From Nemertoderma westbladi (taxonomy: Eukaryota > Animalia > Xenacoelomorpha), in NCBI GenBank assembly GCA_032718475.1, contig JAUCBJ010007358.1, positions 1 through 64,000 on the forward strand: DNA of 64,000 bases. The letters are read 5' to 3'. Below the pieces are notes generated by a model. It made no database searches. It worked only from the letters and a program-made list of their open reading frames with translations, and was not told the DNA's origin. The position numbers and the translations under genes are program-made. This document shows positions 12,371 to 23,520 of this stretch, in pieces (positions within the stretch are counted from its first letter, which is position 1; every line of letters starts with the position of its first letter).

Positions 12371-14782
12371 TATATAATGCAGCTGCAATGAATCACGCCG
12401 ATAGTAGTAGTTAGTTAAGTTCATTACAACAGCCACAATCGAATATTCTGCCAGATTACAGGTAAATAATTAGAAAATATAGGGTTTTCCTACGTTATAG
12501 AGAATTTATAAAAATAAATCATTAATTTTGGGCATTTGTAAAACGAGGATACCAGCAAAATCCGCGGATCCTGTTGCGGATACCATAGAAGCAATGACGG
12601 ATCCCAGTAGGATCCGCGGATCCTAGAAACCACGGATCCGCGGATCCAATAATAGTCTATGGTATCCGCATTATACAAATTTGTAAAACGCGGATCCCAT
12701 AGAAAACCATTAAGGCAGCGGATCCCATAGACACCATTGAATAACCTTTACATGTCTCTTATGGTGTCCGCTGTTTACAAATTTGTAAAGAGCGGATCCC
12801 GTTCAAACAATGCAATTGCTTGATTCTGTATGTAGGGCAATTGTAGGCCTACATACTCATACAGACATACCTTCATACCAGCATACAGACAGACAGTAGA
12901 TTCGCTACCGGTACCGCGGTACCACACTGTTATCAGACTCAACATCAATTTGTTAGTAAGAAATGGGAGGACATTTAATGTTTAGAATTATGGCCCTCTA
13001 ACGACACATCGGAAAACTCCGGACGGAATACAGTCCTTTTAGCATTTCAAAATCGTAACGACGACGACAACTATTTTATAAAATTGACCCACCCCCCTAA
13101 CAGTGAAAATTCGCTAAGGCTCCGCCAACTTCGTGGCTCGCCCCACATATTGTTCTTATTTTTTTATAATAACATTTCAGGACATTCTAGAAACAATAAT
13201 TATATTTCAATTGATGTGTTTTATATTTTTGACTTTGACTTGGTAGTGTGAACGCGGTCTAAGGAAGAGATGCGCCCTAAAATTAAAGTGTCGAAATTAA
13301 GTATAATGAGTTTTAGGCTACTTCATCGGATGGGCGTATATTCTAATGTCTGTAGATGAGATGGGGGGGGGGGGGGGGGGGGGGAGAGGAGGGGGAACTG
13401 TCGACATAATCGAAATTCATCCCTCTCCAGGGGAAATCGACGCTAATCACACCAGATTACTCTCAAAAATAAAACTATCCTGTTCTATTGACTTTAGTTT
13501 ATTGTTTTGGTTAGAATAACGTACTATTGTAACCTGCTCCCTTTCTTTAATTGATATTTAACATCGAGACAGACATTAAGCTCGCCGAGATGGGATTTGA
13601 GGCAACCCCCCCCCCCCCCCCCCTAATTTCAAATTTACCCTAATATTTAATTTTTGATAGCGTGCAACACAATCAAATTCTTTGACTAGATGCTTTTTTA
13701 TTATAAAGTTATATCCGGTTCACCCCTATTCGCCATATATAGTATGTTATACATAGTTATAAGAACCCTATGAGATTAGAGACATTCTGAAAAAGCCGCG
13801 AAGGATTATAGAGTCAGGCTATCACAATCGTATGAAGTAGATTATCGCAACAATGCAAGTAAATAAATAGTTATTTCATTATTGTCATTCGTTATTTCTA
13901 TGTTTGATTAGACATCGATGTTTTGTTTCGACAAATATATTGATATACAAAATAAACTAAAATATCACTGTATTTTTTTTATATAAATCACGAATATAAA
14001 CGAGACCAAACAGTAAATTACAATAATAATATAATATATAACCATATCCAGCTATTTCTCTTTCTCATCTACATTCAGCATATTTGGAATCCTTGTTAAT
14101 TAAGTCTACCACCTATTTCACAGTAACCAACGATTGCTATAAGGTTGAGGAAAAAGGACTGGTGCAATATCGACGGAGACACTTTTTAAACGATTGCATC
14201 TAAAGAATGAAAGTGAGAATAAAAATTATGATTCACACCGCTAAAGGGTGAAAAGTGGCGAAACTATTTTGACTTTGAGTTATTCTTTTCATGATACAAA
14301 TTAACAGGAAGATGACATAATACATAATTTATAAGTAAGACATCATTAAATTTCAATTTATTAAAGAAATTAATACTGATAAATAAATAATTTTTTTATT
14401 AATTAACTTAATTACCGTACCTATTGTATCATACATAATAATATTTTACCAGATTAACTATTAGATTTAAAATTATATCTAGGGCCTGAAGCGGTTAATT
14501 TTTCAGTCAACCGGTTAACCATTTCCAATTAACCGGTTAAAAAGTAGAATGTTTGTGGTACAATGGTGCAACATACATACTATGAAACTGAAAGTTATAT
14601 CGCTGACAATCCCTAACTTAAGCTACAGTACCGGTATGTATATTTTTATGTAAGCTAAGCTAAGAGGTATAGGCCTATAGCAGTTGTACTGCAGCAGACT
14701 GTCAGACCTTTTCACTTTGCGGGCTTACTGCATAGCTACGGCTTGCTCGCTTATTATTATTATTATATGCTTAACTGTTAAC

Positions 14783-16274
14783 CAAGGCCTACTAGAGAAA
14801 CAGGCCTGGAATCCGAGATCAAGCCAATTCTATTGAAGGCCTAATAATCCAATGTGTGTGTGTGTGTGACCGGAGCTCTACAGCCCGCATTTCTAAACCA
14901 ATCTGATCGAGTAAGGTATCAAACGAAGCGGAATTGTCATACGATGCTCACCGCACAAAAACATTTTGGTATTCTAGAACATTATTTAGCTATTAATAGC
15001 TATTATTGTAAATTGCAATTTTTCATGTGTAAACCATAGGCTATTATATACTACTACTTCTACTTGGGACTACGTTAGGAGGACAAGCTGGCCGCCGCTA
15101 GCGCTATTCTAGAACATAGATAAATAAAGGTAATAGGATTTATTAATAATATAAATATAATAATAATAAACTGGAATATAATTTTTTTGATGAAATGGAT
15201 GAACCCACCGCAAAAATCGGTCGGTCTGCATGTTAGTAATTGATGTCCTGTTGTAATTTCACAAGAACTCTTAAGTAATATAATAATAATATGTACTGCT
15301 TAAGAATTACACTCAAGAGTTAAAAAAATATTAAATATAGTTATAGTATAGGTTTATAGCATTCACTTCATTGTCGGTCAACGTGATGTCAACACACGAG
15401 GAACACTTGTGCTTCCCAAGTTCACTTGAACATTCAACCTCCAGTTCTGTGTATAGTTTCGCTCGATCAATGCGGTGGGTAAAGAAAACTTCGGCTACGC
15501 TTATATGGAATTTCCCCCAGCAGATTGGCGAAAGTGCCCAAATTAATTAAAATTATAATTAATTAAAATAAATTTAAATAAATTAATTTATTAATTAAAT
15601 TAATTAATTTTATCGTTGGCAAGGAAATCCGACATCTCGTCAATATCCGGATTGCGTTTAGAAGAACTTGCGCGCGTCGTTGAGCGTGGAGGAGCTGGAG
15701 GCGTTGGGATGGAGAGCAGAGGAACATTTGGGAATACCGACGGCGGTTCCGCCGGCACTGGGTATCTCCCGGAATGATGTTTCGTTGTCATCTCTTCGGG
15801 CCAGTGCTTCCGACAAACTCCCATGAAACTCGTAACCTTGCACGGATCTACGATATTCGGAAGTTGCCGCAACCACGTTTGCAATTCCACAGGATCTTTC
15901 GGAAACGCGTAGACCGTAATCGGTGAGGAATTCTCCTCCCCGTCGTCCATACCGGTCAGTTTATCCTTCGCGTTCGCATAACCAGTTCTGCAACCGCCGA
16001 CGGAACACTTCCTTCCCATCGAGTTAACGGTCGTACAGTCGTATCAGGTTGTCACTTTGGTAGTTTATTCGGGTAGACACTCGTGTATTCAGGTAAACAC
16101 TCGAGCAGTCAGGTAGGAAGAGTAAACGATAACATTAATTCAGTGCAGTAGGTAGTTCAAGATTTGTAAACTATAGCAGTAGGCCTATAGGCTTACAGTA
16201 TACCGGTATCAGAATTCTAGGCCTTCAATAATGAAGGCCTGTAGGCTGGCTGCCAGGCCTGTTTCTCTAGTAGG
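14783..16274 (-). mobile_element. P-element/THAP9-like DNA transposon derivative
   Basis: Left end CAAGGCCTACTAGAGAAACAGGCCTGG, right end CCAGGCCTGTTTCTCTAGTAGG. An 8-bp direct repeat ctgttaac lies at 14775-14782 and 16275-16282. Contains a THAP ORF. Confidence 0.7.
15600..16019 (-). pseudogene. THAP zinc-finger domain, N-terminal remnant of a transposase
   Basis: MGRKCSVGGC...FPKDP....W......VCRKHW...PPSVFP matches the C2CH THAP signature. The frame ends in an AT-rich stretch with no catalytic domain. Confidence 0.8.
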
Positions 16275-16808
16275 CTGTTAACTCCATACATATAATTGTT
16301 TAATTAAAGGTCTAATTCAATTTCATTTTGTGAATATGTATGTCATTAAGATTAATTTTAAATAATTAATTATTTTATTTGTCGGTGCAATTATTTGGAG
16401 TGCAATTACATTACATTACATAGGCCTTGCTGTTAACTAACTACATAATTAAGGCCTAACTACTGTACCGGTATTTGCATTGAATGAAAGGGATCCGCTC
16501 TTTACAAATTTGTAAACAGCGGACACCATAAGAGACATGTAAAGGATATTCAATGATGTCTATGGGATCCGCTGCCTTAATGGTTTGCTATGGGATCCGC
16601 GTTTTACAAATTTGTATAATGCGGATACCATAGACTATTATTGGATCCGCGGATCCGTGGTTTCTAGGATCCGCGGATCCTACTGGGATCCGTCATTGCT
16701 TCTATGGTATCCGCAACAGGATCCGCGGATTTTGCTGGGATCCTCGTTTTACAAGGGTACATTAATTTTGGCCACTTGTGATGGGAATCATCCATATTCT
16801 TTAAAGTT

Positions 16809-16998
16809 TCATACTAACTTCACTTCCGATCTGGTATCGGACTGTTTGTCGAACAAGGAGCCCAGTAGGGTGATATTGGATGCGTTATCAGCCATGGACG
16901 GCGTGTTGGGGCGAGCCACATTCTCGGCTAGAGACAACGTCACACTCACTGAATCCTGATGGACATTCGCTCTGAACTTCCTTGAATCTTTCACTCGG
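16809..16998 (-). CDS. RNF19A: RNF19-like exon 10 (putative last coding exon)
   Basis: Acceptor tatttttag|C in phase 2. Encodes RVKDSRKFRANV..SMADNASNITLLGSLF..VKLV*; the DNAS...GS motif resembles the RNF19 C-terminal region as I recall it. A further exon cannot be excluded. Confidence 0.7.
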
Positions 16999-17274
16999 CT
17001 AAAAATAATACAATATTGTAATAATAATAAGTAATTCATATGGATCTAGATTGGCGTAGTGGTGGTTAAGGAAGGGTATGGTATTCCAGTGAGAGAATAA
17101 AATAAATTAAACATAGTTTTATTCTATCTAGTATTAGTTGGACAACGAAATTAAGTTATTCCAAAGAATCTTAAATGTTATTCCATATTACTACTACTAC
17201 TAGTGGAACGAGTCATGGGGGATAGGGAGTTGTGGCGGTGCAACTTTGTCGATAAGCCGGCACAGCATTCTTAA

Positions 17275-19476
17275 GGGCGGTATCACCACAAATCTATTTT
17301 TTTTTATTTTTATAGCTACTGTTCTTGAAACTTAAACACAATTATCTGTGATCTTTAACTAAGAAAACTGAGTAGGGATACCTTAGCAAACCATTTTGTT
17401 CTGAAAATATGGGACTTTTTGTGCAAGTCGGTTTTTTTCAAAATTTGTAAAGAATTTGAATATTTTTAAGAAAAATATCTCATGTAGAAGGATCTGTAGT
17501 ACCAAATGGGTTGCAGTTCTCGGTCCAAGAGTTTGGCCCATTGAACCTTGGGTTGCAGTTCTCGGTCCAAGAGTTTGGCCCATTGAACCTTGGGTTGCAG
17601 GTCTCGGTCCAAGAGTTTGGCCCATTGAACCTTGGGTTGCAGTTCTCGGTCCAAGAGTTTGGCCCATTGAACCTTGGGTTGCAGTTCTCGGTCCAAGAGT
17701 TTGGCCCAATGAACCTTGGGTTGCAGTTCTCGTTCCAAGAGTTTGGCCCAATGAACCTTGGGTTGCAGGTCTCGGTCCAAGAGTTTGGCCCATTGAACCT
17801 TGGGTTGCAGTTCTCGGTCCAAGAGTTTGGCCCATTGAACCTTGGGTTGCAGTTCTCGGTCCAAGAGTTTGGCCCATTGAACCTTGGGTTGCAGGTCTCG
17901 TTCCAAGAGTTTGGCCCATTGAACCTTTGGTTGCAGGTCTCGGTCCAAGAGTTTGGCCCATTGAACCTTGGGTTGCAGGTCTCGTTCCAAGAGTTTGGCC
18001 CATTGAACCTTGGGTTGCAGGTCTCGGTCCAAGAGTTTGGCCCATTGAACCTTGGGTTGCAGGTCTCGTTCCAAGAGTTTGGCCCATTGAACCTTTGGTT
18101 GCAGGTCTCGGTCCAAGAGTTTGGCCCATTGAACCTTTGGTTGCAGTTCTCGGTCCAAGAGTTTGGCCCATTGAACCTTGGGTTGCAGGTCTCGTTCCAA
18201 GAGTTTGGCCCATTGAACCTTGGGTTGCAGGTCTCGGTCCAAGAGTTTGGCCCATTGAACCTTGGGTTGCAGGTCTCGGTCCAAGAGTTTGGCCCATTGA
18301 ACCTTGGGTTGCAGGTCTCGGTCGAAGAGTTTGGCCCATTGAACCTTGGGTTGCAGGTCTCGGTCCAAGAGTTTGGCCCATTGAACCTTGGGTTGCAGTT
18401 CTCGGTCCAAGAGTTTGGCCCATTGAACCTTGGGTTGCAGGTCTCGGTCCAAGAGTTTGGCCCATTGAACCTTTGGTTGCAGGTCTCGGTCCAAGAGTTT
18501 GGCCCATTGAACCTTGGGTTGCAGGTCTCGGTCCAAGAGTTTGGCCCATTGAACCTTGGGTTGCAGGTCTCGGTCCAAGAGTTTGGCCTATTGAACCTTG
18601 GGTTGCAGGTCTCGGTCCAAGAGTTTGGCCCATTGAACCTTGGGTTGCAGGTCTCGGTCCAAGAGTTTGGCCCATTGAACCTTGGGTTGCAGTTCTCGGT
18701 CCAAGAGTTTGGCCCATTGAACCTTGGCTTGCAGGTCTCGGTCCAAGAGTTTGGCCCATTGAACCTTGGGTTGCAGGTCTCGGTCCAAGAGTTTGGCCCA
18801 TTGAACCTTGGGTTGCAGTTCTCGGTCCAAGAGTTTGGCCCATTGAACCTTGGGTTGCAGGTCTCGGTCCAAGAGTTTGGCCCATTGAACCTTGGGTTGC
18901 AGGTCTCGGTCCAAGAGTTTGGCCCATTGAACCTTGGGTTGCAGGTCTCGGTCCAAGAGTTTGGCCCATTGAACCTTGGGTTGCAGGTCTCGGTCCAAGA
19001 GTTTGGCCCATTGAACTTAGGTTCACCCCTTTATGGGGGTTTCAGTATGTTCGGGCTTTATTTCGGGCATATATTTTGTGATAGACAAAGAGAAGCAGTT
19101 ACATAATGGATCATAGAACATCCAAATGGACATATTTTACAAAACCAATACACACGATTGTTGCCCTAGAGATGCTGAACATTTTGGTATGTTTGATAAA
19201 AACTGTGTGAAAAAATAAAAAGTGGTAGAGAAATTAGTGATGGAAAATGTCAAATTCGGCAAACTGAGAAAAAGGTTGTTTTTATACAGAGAGTCATGAA
19301 TATTAGCAATAAATTATGTTGGTGAAAAGTTCTGTTTTGCGTTGGAATATTATTCAATGGTGAAAACCGATGTCACCACATGAAAGCCCTTCTATCAAAC
19401 CACAAAATTAGAAGAAATTTTTTTTTAATTTTCAGAAAATTTGAAAATTTTGCAGTCGCAGGGGGTGATACTCCCC
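17275..19476. mobile_element. TTAA-flanked non-autonomous DNA transposon (Kolobok-like purine termini) carrying a 42-bp array
   Basis: TTAA|GGGCGGTATCACC ... GGTGATACTCCCC|TTAA. It interrupts an RTE 3' UTR whose uninterrupted form (agcattcttaatgcac..) is seen near 29370. Confidence 0.75.
17507..19017. repeat. 42-bp minisatellite, ~36 copies
   Basis: Unit tgggttgcaggtctcggtccaagagtttggcccattgaacct. Confidence 0.97.
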
Positions 19477-19597
19477 TTAATCCACGCTGCATTGGGCTTG
19501 GCAATTATGGATTGCATGGTGGTGACAAAATACTTTTGTTAAGCTGGCATAGCATCTCAGTGTGCAGTTTCAATGCAGCAGGCCGATTATAGTATAT

Positions 19598-20822
19598 AGT
19601 AGTAGGTCGAGCGAGCTCGGACAGTGGAAATGAGATCCTTCCAGGTTTCCCGATTCCCCAACTACTACTAGATCGAGCGAAATCGGACAGTGGAAATGAG
19701 ATCCTTCTAGGCTTCCCGATTCTCCATAGTTGTCGCAATTTCCAATTTCGTTTCTCCCAAGTTCGGTATCCCTTTCAAGTTGATCTATATATGTTATGGC
19801 AGGTCGTCCACGACTACGCTTTCCATGAGTTGGTTGCCAGAAAAGTAGATCTGGTATGACCTCGTCTTTACTTCGCCAGCAGTGCCCACTGAATCTTAAT
19901 CTGCGTTCACGGAGGGTGGTTGATACAGGTGGTATTGTACCATAAAGCTCGGCGTTTGTCATGTGTTGTCTCCAGCTGATGTTTAGGGCTGCCCTTAGTA
20001 GTCTTGTGTAGCAACCATCAATCCGTTGTTCAAGTGATTTAGTCAGTGTCCAGGTCTCACCCCCGTATAAAAATACACTTTCCACTGTGGCTCGAAAGAA
20101 CTTAGTCTTCAGGTGCCTGGAGAGATCTGATTTCCAGATGGTATCCATTTTTGATAGAGCTACCCAAGCCTTTGCTTTCCTAACTTCTATGTCCTTTTTG
20201 CTACTCTCTATCCATGATCCAAGGTACTGGAAGTCATCGACCTTCCTTAGTTGATAATTATCAATGGTTGTCAAGTTCCCATCAACATTAAAGGTCATGA
20301 ATTCGGTCTTTGTAGCATTTATATGCAATCCAACCTCCTTAGCAGCCCTCTCCACTTTATTTAGTAGAAGCTGTGCATCTACTAGCGTATTAGAGATCAG
20401 GGCGATGTCATCCGCAAAATCGGTTTCTGTGACTGTAGTTGCCGGATATCTACTACTTCTGCGTTCTTGAAGTGTGAATCCCAGATCTTCACCCTTCGTG
20501 GCCGTCCTCATTGCGTAATCCAGCACAATTACAAATAGTAATGGTGCTAATGTGTCACCTTGCAGTACGCCAGCCAGGATTGAGAAAAACTCAGTTTCAC
20601 CATCTGGTGAGAGTACCTGCGCTTCTGTGTCACAATATAACAATCCAATGCCAGCAACAATTACTTCTGGTATTCCATAAGATCTTAGGATTTCAAGCAT
20701 TTTACCTCTATGGATGGAGTCGAATGCCTTCTTGAAGTCCACAAAAGTCATGACTGCGGGGAGATTCTTTGACTTAATTCCTTCAATCAGTCTCCGTAAC
20801 GCAAGTATCTGAGCTATTGTTA
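19598..20822 (-). mobile_element. RTE family 2 LINE, 5'-truncated, with duplicated 3' end
   Basis: ORF 19570-20751: FVDFKKAFDS..GVLQGDTLAP..FADDIAL..FQYLGS..RLRFSGHCWR. (TAG)n tail, with a ~60-bp 3' terminal segment present twice (~19600-19730). Confidence 0.93.
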
Positions 20823-20898
20823 ACTATTATTATTAATTAGCTATTGCTCACCTTGGGTATCTATAAGGGGGGGGGGGGGGGGGTGTGTTTGCGCTCAC

Positions 20899-21115
20899 CT
20901 TGGGTATCTACCAGGGGGGGAGTGTGTGTGCATTCCAGCTGAACTGCCACACAAGGACCCGGTTAGACTGGAACCCGCTATGGCAGTCATCGAGGCCGCG
21001 TCGTAATTTTCTTTCTCTTTCGGGAAGACCTGACTGCCGCTGGATTGGGTTGTCGCTCCCAGTGATACCTGGTCGCCATGGGCAACCCCGGCTGCTGAAG
21101 GCTTATAGGAATCTC
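20899..21115 (-). CDS. RNF19A: RNF19-like exon 9
   Basis: ttttag|GA...CCAAG|gtgagc. Encodes DSYKPS..DAASMTAIAGSSLTGSLCGS.., resembling the RNF19 Ser/Gly-rich motif. Confidence 0.85.
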
Positions 21116-21188
21116 CTAAAATAATAGGGGCTAGAATTAATAATATAATATCTTCAGATACTAAAATACAATGTCATGAGAAACTCTC

Positions 21189-22951
21189 TTGCAGTTACAT
21201 AAACTATCCTTTACTATTGCAGTCACATAAACTAACCTTTACTATTGCAGTCACATAAACTAACCTTTACTATTGCAGTCACATAAACTACCCTTTACTA
21301 TTGCAGTCACATAAACTATCCTTTACTATTGCAGTCACATAAACTAACCTTTACTATTGCAGTCACATAAACTAACCTTTACTATTGCAGTCACATAAAC
21401 TAACCTTTACTATTGCAGTCTCATAAACTAGCCTTTACTATTGCAGACACATAAACTAACCTTTACTATTGCAGACACATAAACTAACCTTTACTATTGC
21501 AGTCACATAAACTAGCCTTTACTATTGCAGTCACATAAACTAGCCTTTACTATTGCTGACACATAAACTAACCTTTACTATTGCAGTCACATAAACTACC
21601 CTTTACTATTGCAGTCACATAAACTAACCTTTACTATTGCAGTCACATAAACTAGCCTTTACTATTGCTGACACATAAACTAACCTTTACTATTGCAGTC
21701 ACATAAACTACCCTTTACTATTGCAGTCACATAAACTAACCTTTACTATTGCAGTCACATAAACTAGCCTTTACTATTGCAGTCACATAAACTAGCCTTT
21801 ACTATTGCTGACACATAAACTAACCTTTACTATTGCAGTCACATATACTACCCTTTACTATTGCAGTCACATAAACTAACCTTTACTATTGCTGACACAT
21901 AAACTAACCTTTACTATTGCTGACACATCAACTAACCTTTACTATGGCAGTCACATAAAGTAACCTTTACTATTGCAGACACATAAACTAGCCTTTACTA
22001 TTGCAGTCACATAAACTAACCTTTACTATTGCAGTCACATAAACTAGCCTTTACTATTGCAGACACATAAACTAGCCTTTACTATGGCAGTCACATAAAT
22101 TAACCTTTACTATTGCAGTCACATAAACTAACCTTTACTATTGCAGTCACATAAACTAGCCTTTACTATTGCAGACACATAAACTAGCCTTTACTATGGC
22201 AGTCACATAAACTAGCCTTTACTATTGCAGTCACATAAACTAACCTTTACTATTGCAGTCACATAAACTAGCCTTTACTATTGCAGTCACATAAACTAAC
22301 CTTTACTATTGCAGTCACATAAACTAGCCTTTACTATTGCAGACACATAAACTAGCCTTTACTATGGCAGTCACATAAATTAACCTTTACTATTGCTGAC
22401 ACATAAACTAACCTTTACTATTGCAGTCACATAAACTAACCTTTACTATTGCAGTCACATAAACTAACCTTTACTATTGCAGTCACATAAACTAGCCTTT
22501 ACTATTGCAGACACATAAACTAGCCTTTACTATGGCAGTCACATAAATTAACCTTTACTATTGCAGTCACATAAACTAGCCTTTACTATTGCAGACACAT
22601 AAACTAACCTTTACTATTGCAGTCACATAAACTAACCTTTACTATTGCAGTCACATAAACTAACCTTTAATATATTGTAGTTACATAAACTAACCTTTAC
22701 TATTGCAGACACATAAAGTAGCCTTTACTATTGCAGTCACATAAACTAGCCTTTACTATTGCAGTCACATAAACTAACCTTTACTATTGCAGTCACATAA
22801 ACTAGCCTTTACTATTGCAGTCACATAAACTAACCTTTACTATTGCTGACACATAAACTAACCTTTACTATTGCAGTCACATAAACTAGCCTTTACTATT
22901 GCAGTCACATAAACTAGCCTTTACTATTGCAGTCACATAAACTAACCTTTA
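21189..22951. repeat. 28-bp minisatellite (~63 copies) containing the exon 8 donor site
   Basis: Unit aaactaacctttactattgcagtcacat; minus strand reads TAAAG|GTTAGTTTATGTGACTGCAATAG. Confidence 0.97.
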
Positions 22952-23114
22952 TTTAGATAATAAGACGAATCCGGTGTATTCGGTGTCTGGTCCTCGAAGC
23001 CGAACCGAACTGCGGTGTCGGCTATAGAGGTGGTGACGTCACAACCGCCCGAACGACAAAGTGATATTGGGACCACCCCGTAGACATAGGCTAATAGAAT
23101 GGGGACCCCGATTC
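22947..23114 (-). CDS. RNF19A: RNF19-like exon 8
   Basis: tattag|GA...AAAG|gttagt. Encodes [25 protein letters not shown], a conserved RNF19 motif. Confidence 0.95.
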
Positions 23115-23210
23115 CTAATAATTGAATAAAGTGGAACAAATATAAAGTAAAGTAAAGTAATAACTGGAGTCCCTATCTATAACGGTTAGAGCGATGTTTT
23201 GTTTACGTAC

Positions 23211-23340
23211 CAACAGTAAGTGCAGCAATAACTGGAGTTACTATAACGCTGGCGGTGACACCTGCAGTTATAGCGATGTTCCGACGATGTTTAGAATGCC
23301 CAGATATTATTCGCAAAGTACTAGGAAACCGCGCGTGAAT
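23211..23340 (-). CDS. RNF19A: RNF19-like exon 7 (start of second hydrophobic segment)
   Basis: gtttag|ATT...GTTG|gtacgt. Encodes IHARFP..SKHRRNIAITAGVTASVIVTPVIAALTV. Confidence 0.93.
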
Positions 23341-23520
23341 CTAAACAAATAGAAAATAGTTTATTAGTATAATTATTAATTAAGCATTTCGCTTTATGAC
23401 AACAGGAAAATTAATATGATTGAAAATTAATTAATTAAAAATTAATGGACATTGAATGATACCAAAATATGTAAAACGTAAAAACTAAATTACGTTAAAG
23501 ATTGTCAAATAGAATAAAAA

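Larger units (their letters stand above)
12533..16757. mobile_element. Composite DNA element bounded by ~290-bp GGATCC-rich TIRs
   Basis: 12536-12830 is the reverse complement of ~16470-16754. The direct repeat cattaattttgg flanks both sides (12520-12531 and 16760-16771). Confidence 0.8.

Noticed and set aside
14850-15115. Helitron/Helentron-type short element (GT microsatellite start, hairpin and CTAG end)
   Set aside because: Suggestive termini only; no second copy in the window to confirm.
16585-16959. 124-aa plus-strand ORF (and its mirror at 12490-12678)
   Set aside because: Derived from the TIR sequence and antisense to RNF19 exon 10; no recognisable domain.
17383-19106. 500+ aa repetitive ORFs on both strands (GQTLGPRPATQGSM repeats etc.)
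   Set aside because: They result from a 42-bp unit (a multiple of 3) lacking stops. The region is intronic and inside a TTAA transposon, and open frames on both strands argue against coding.
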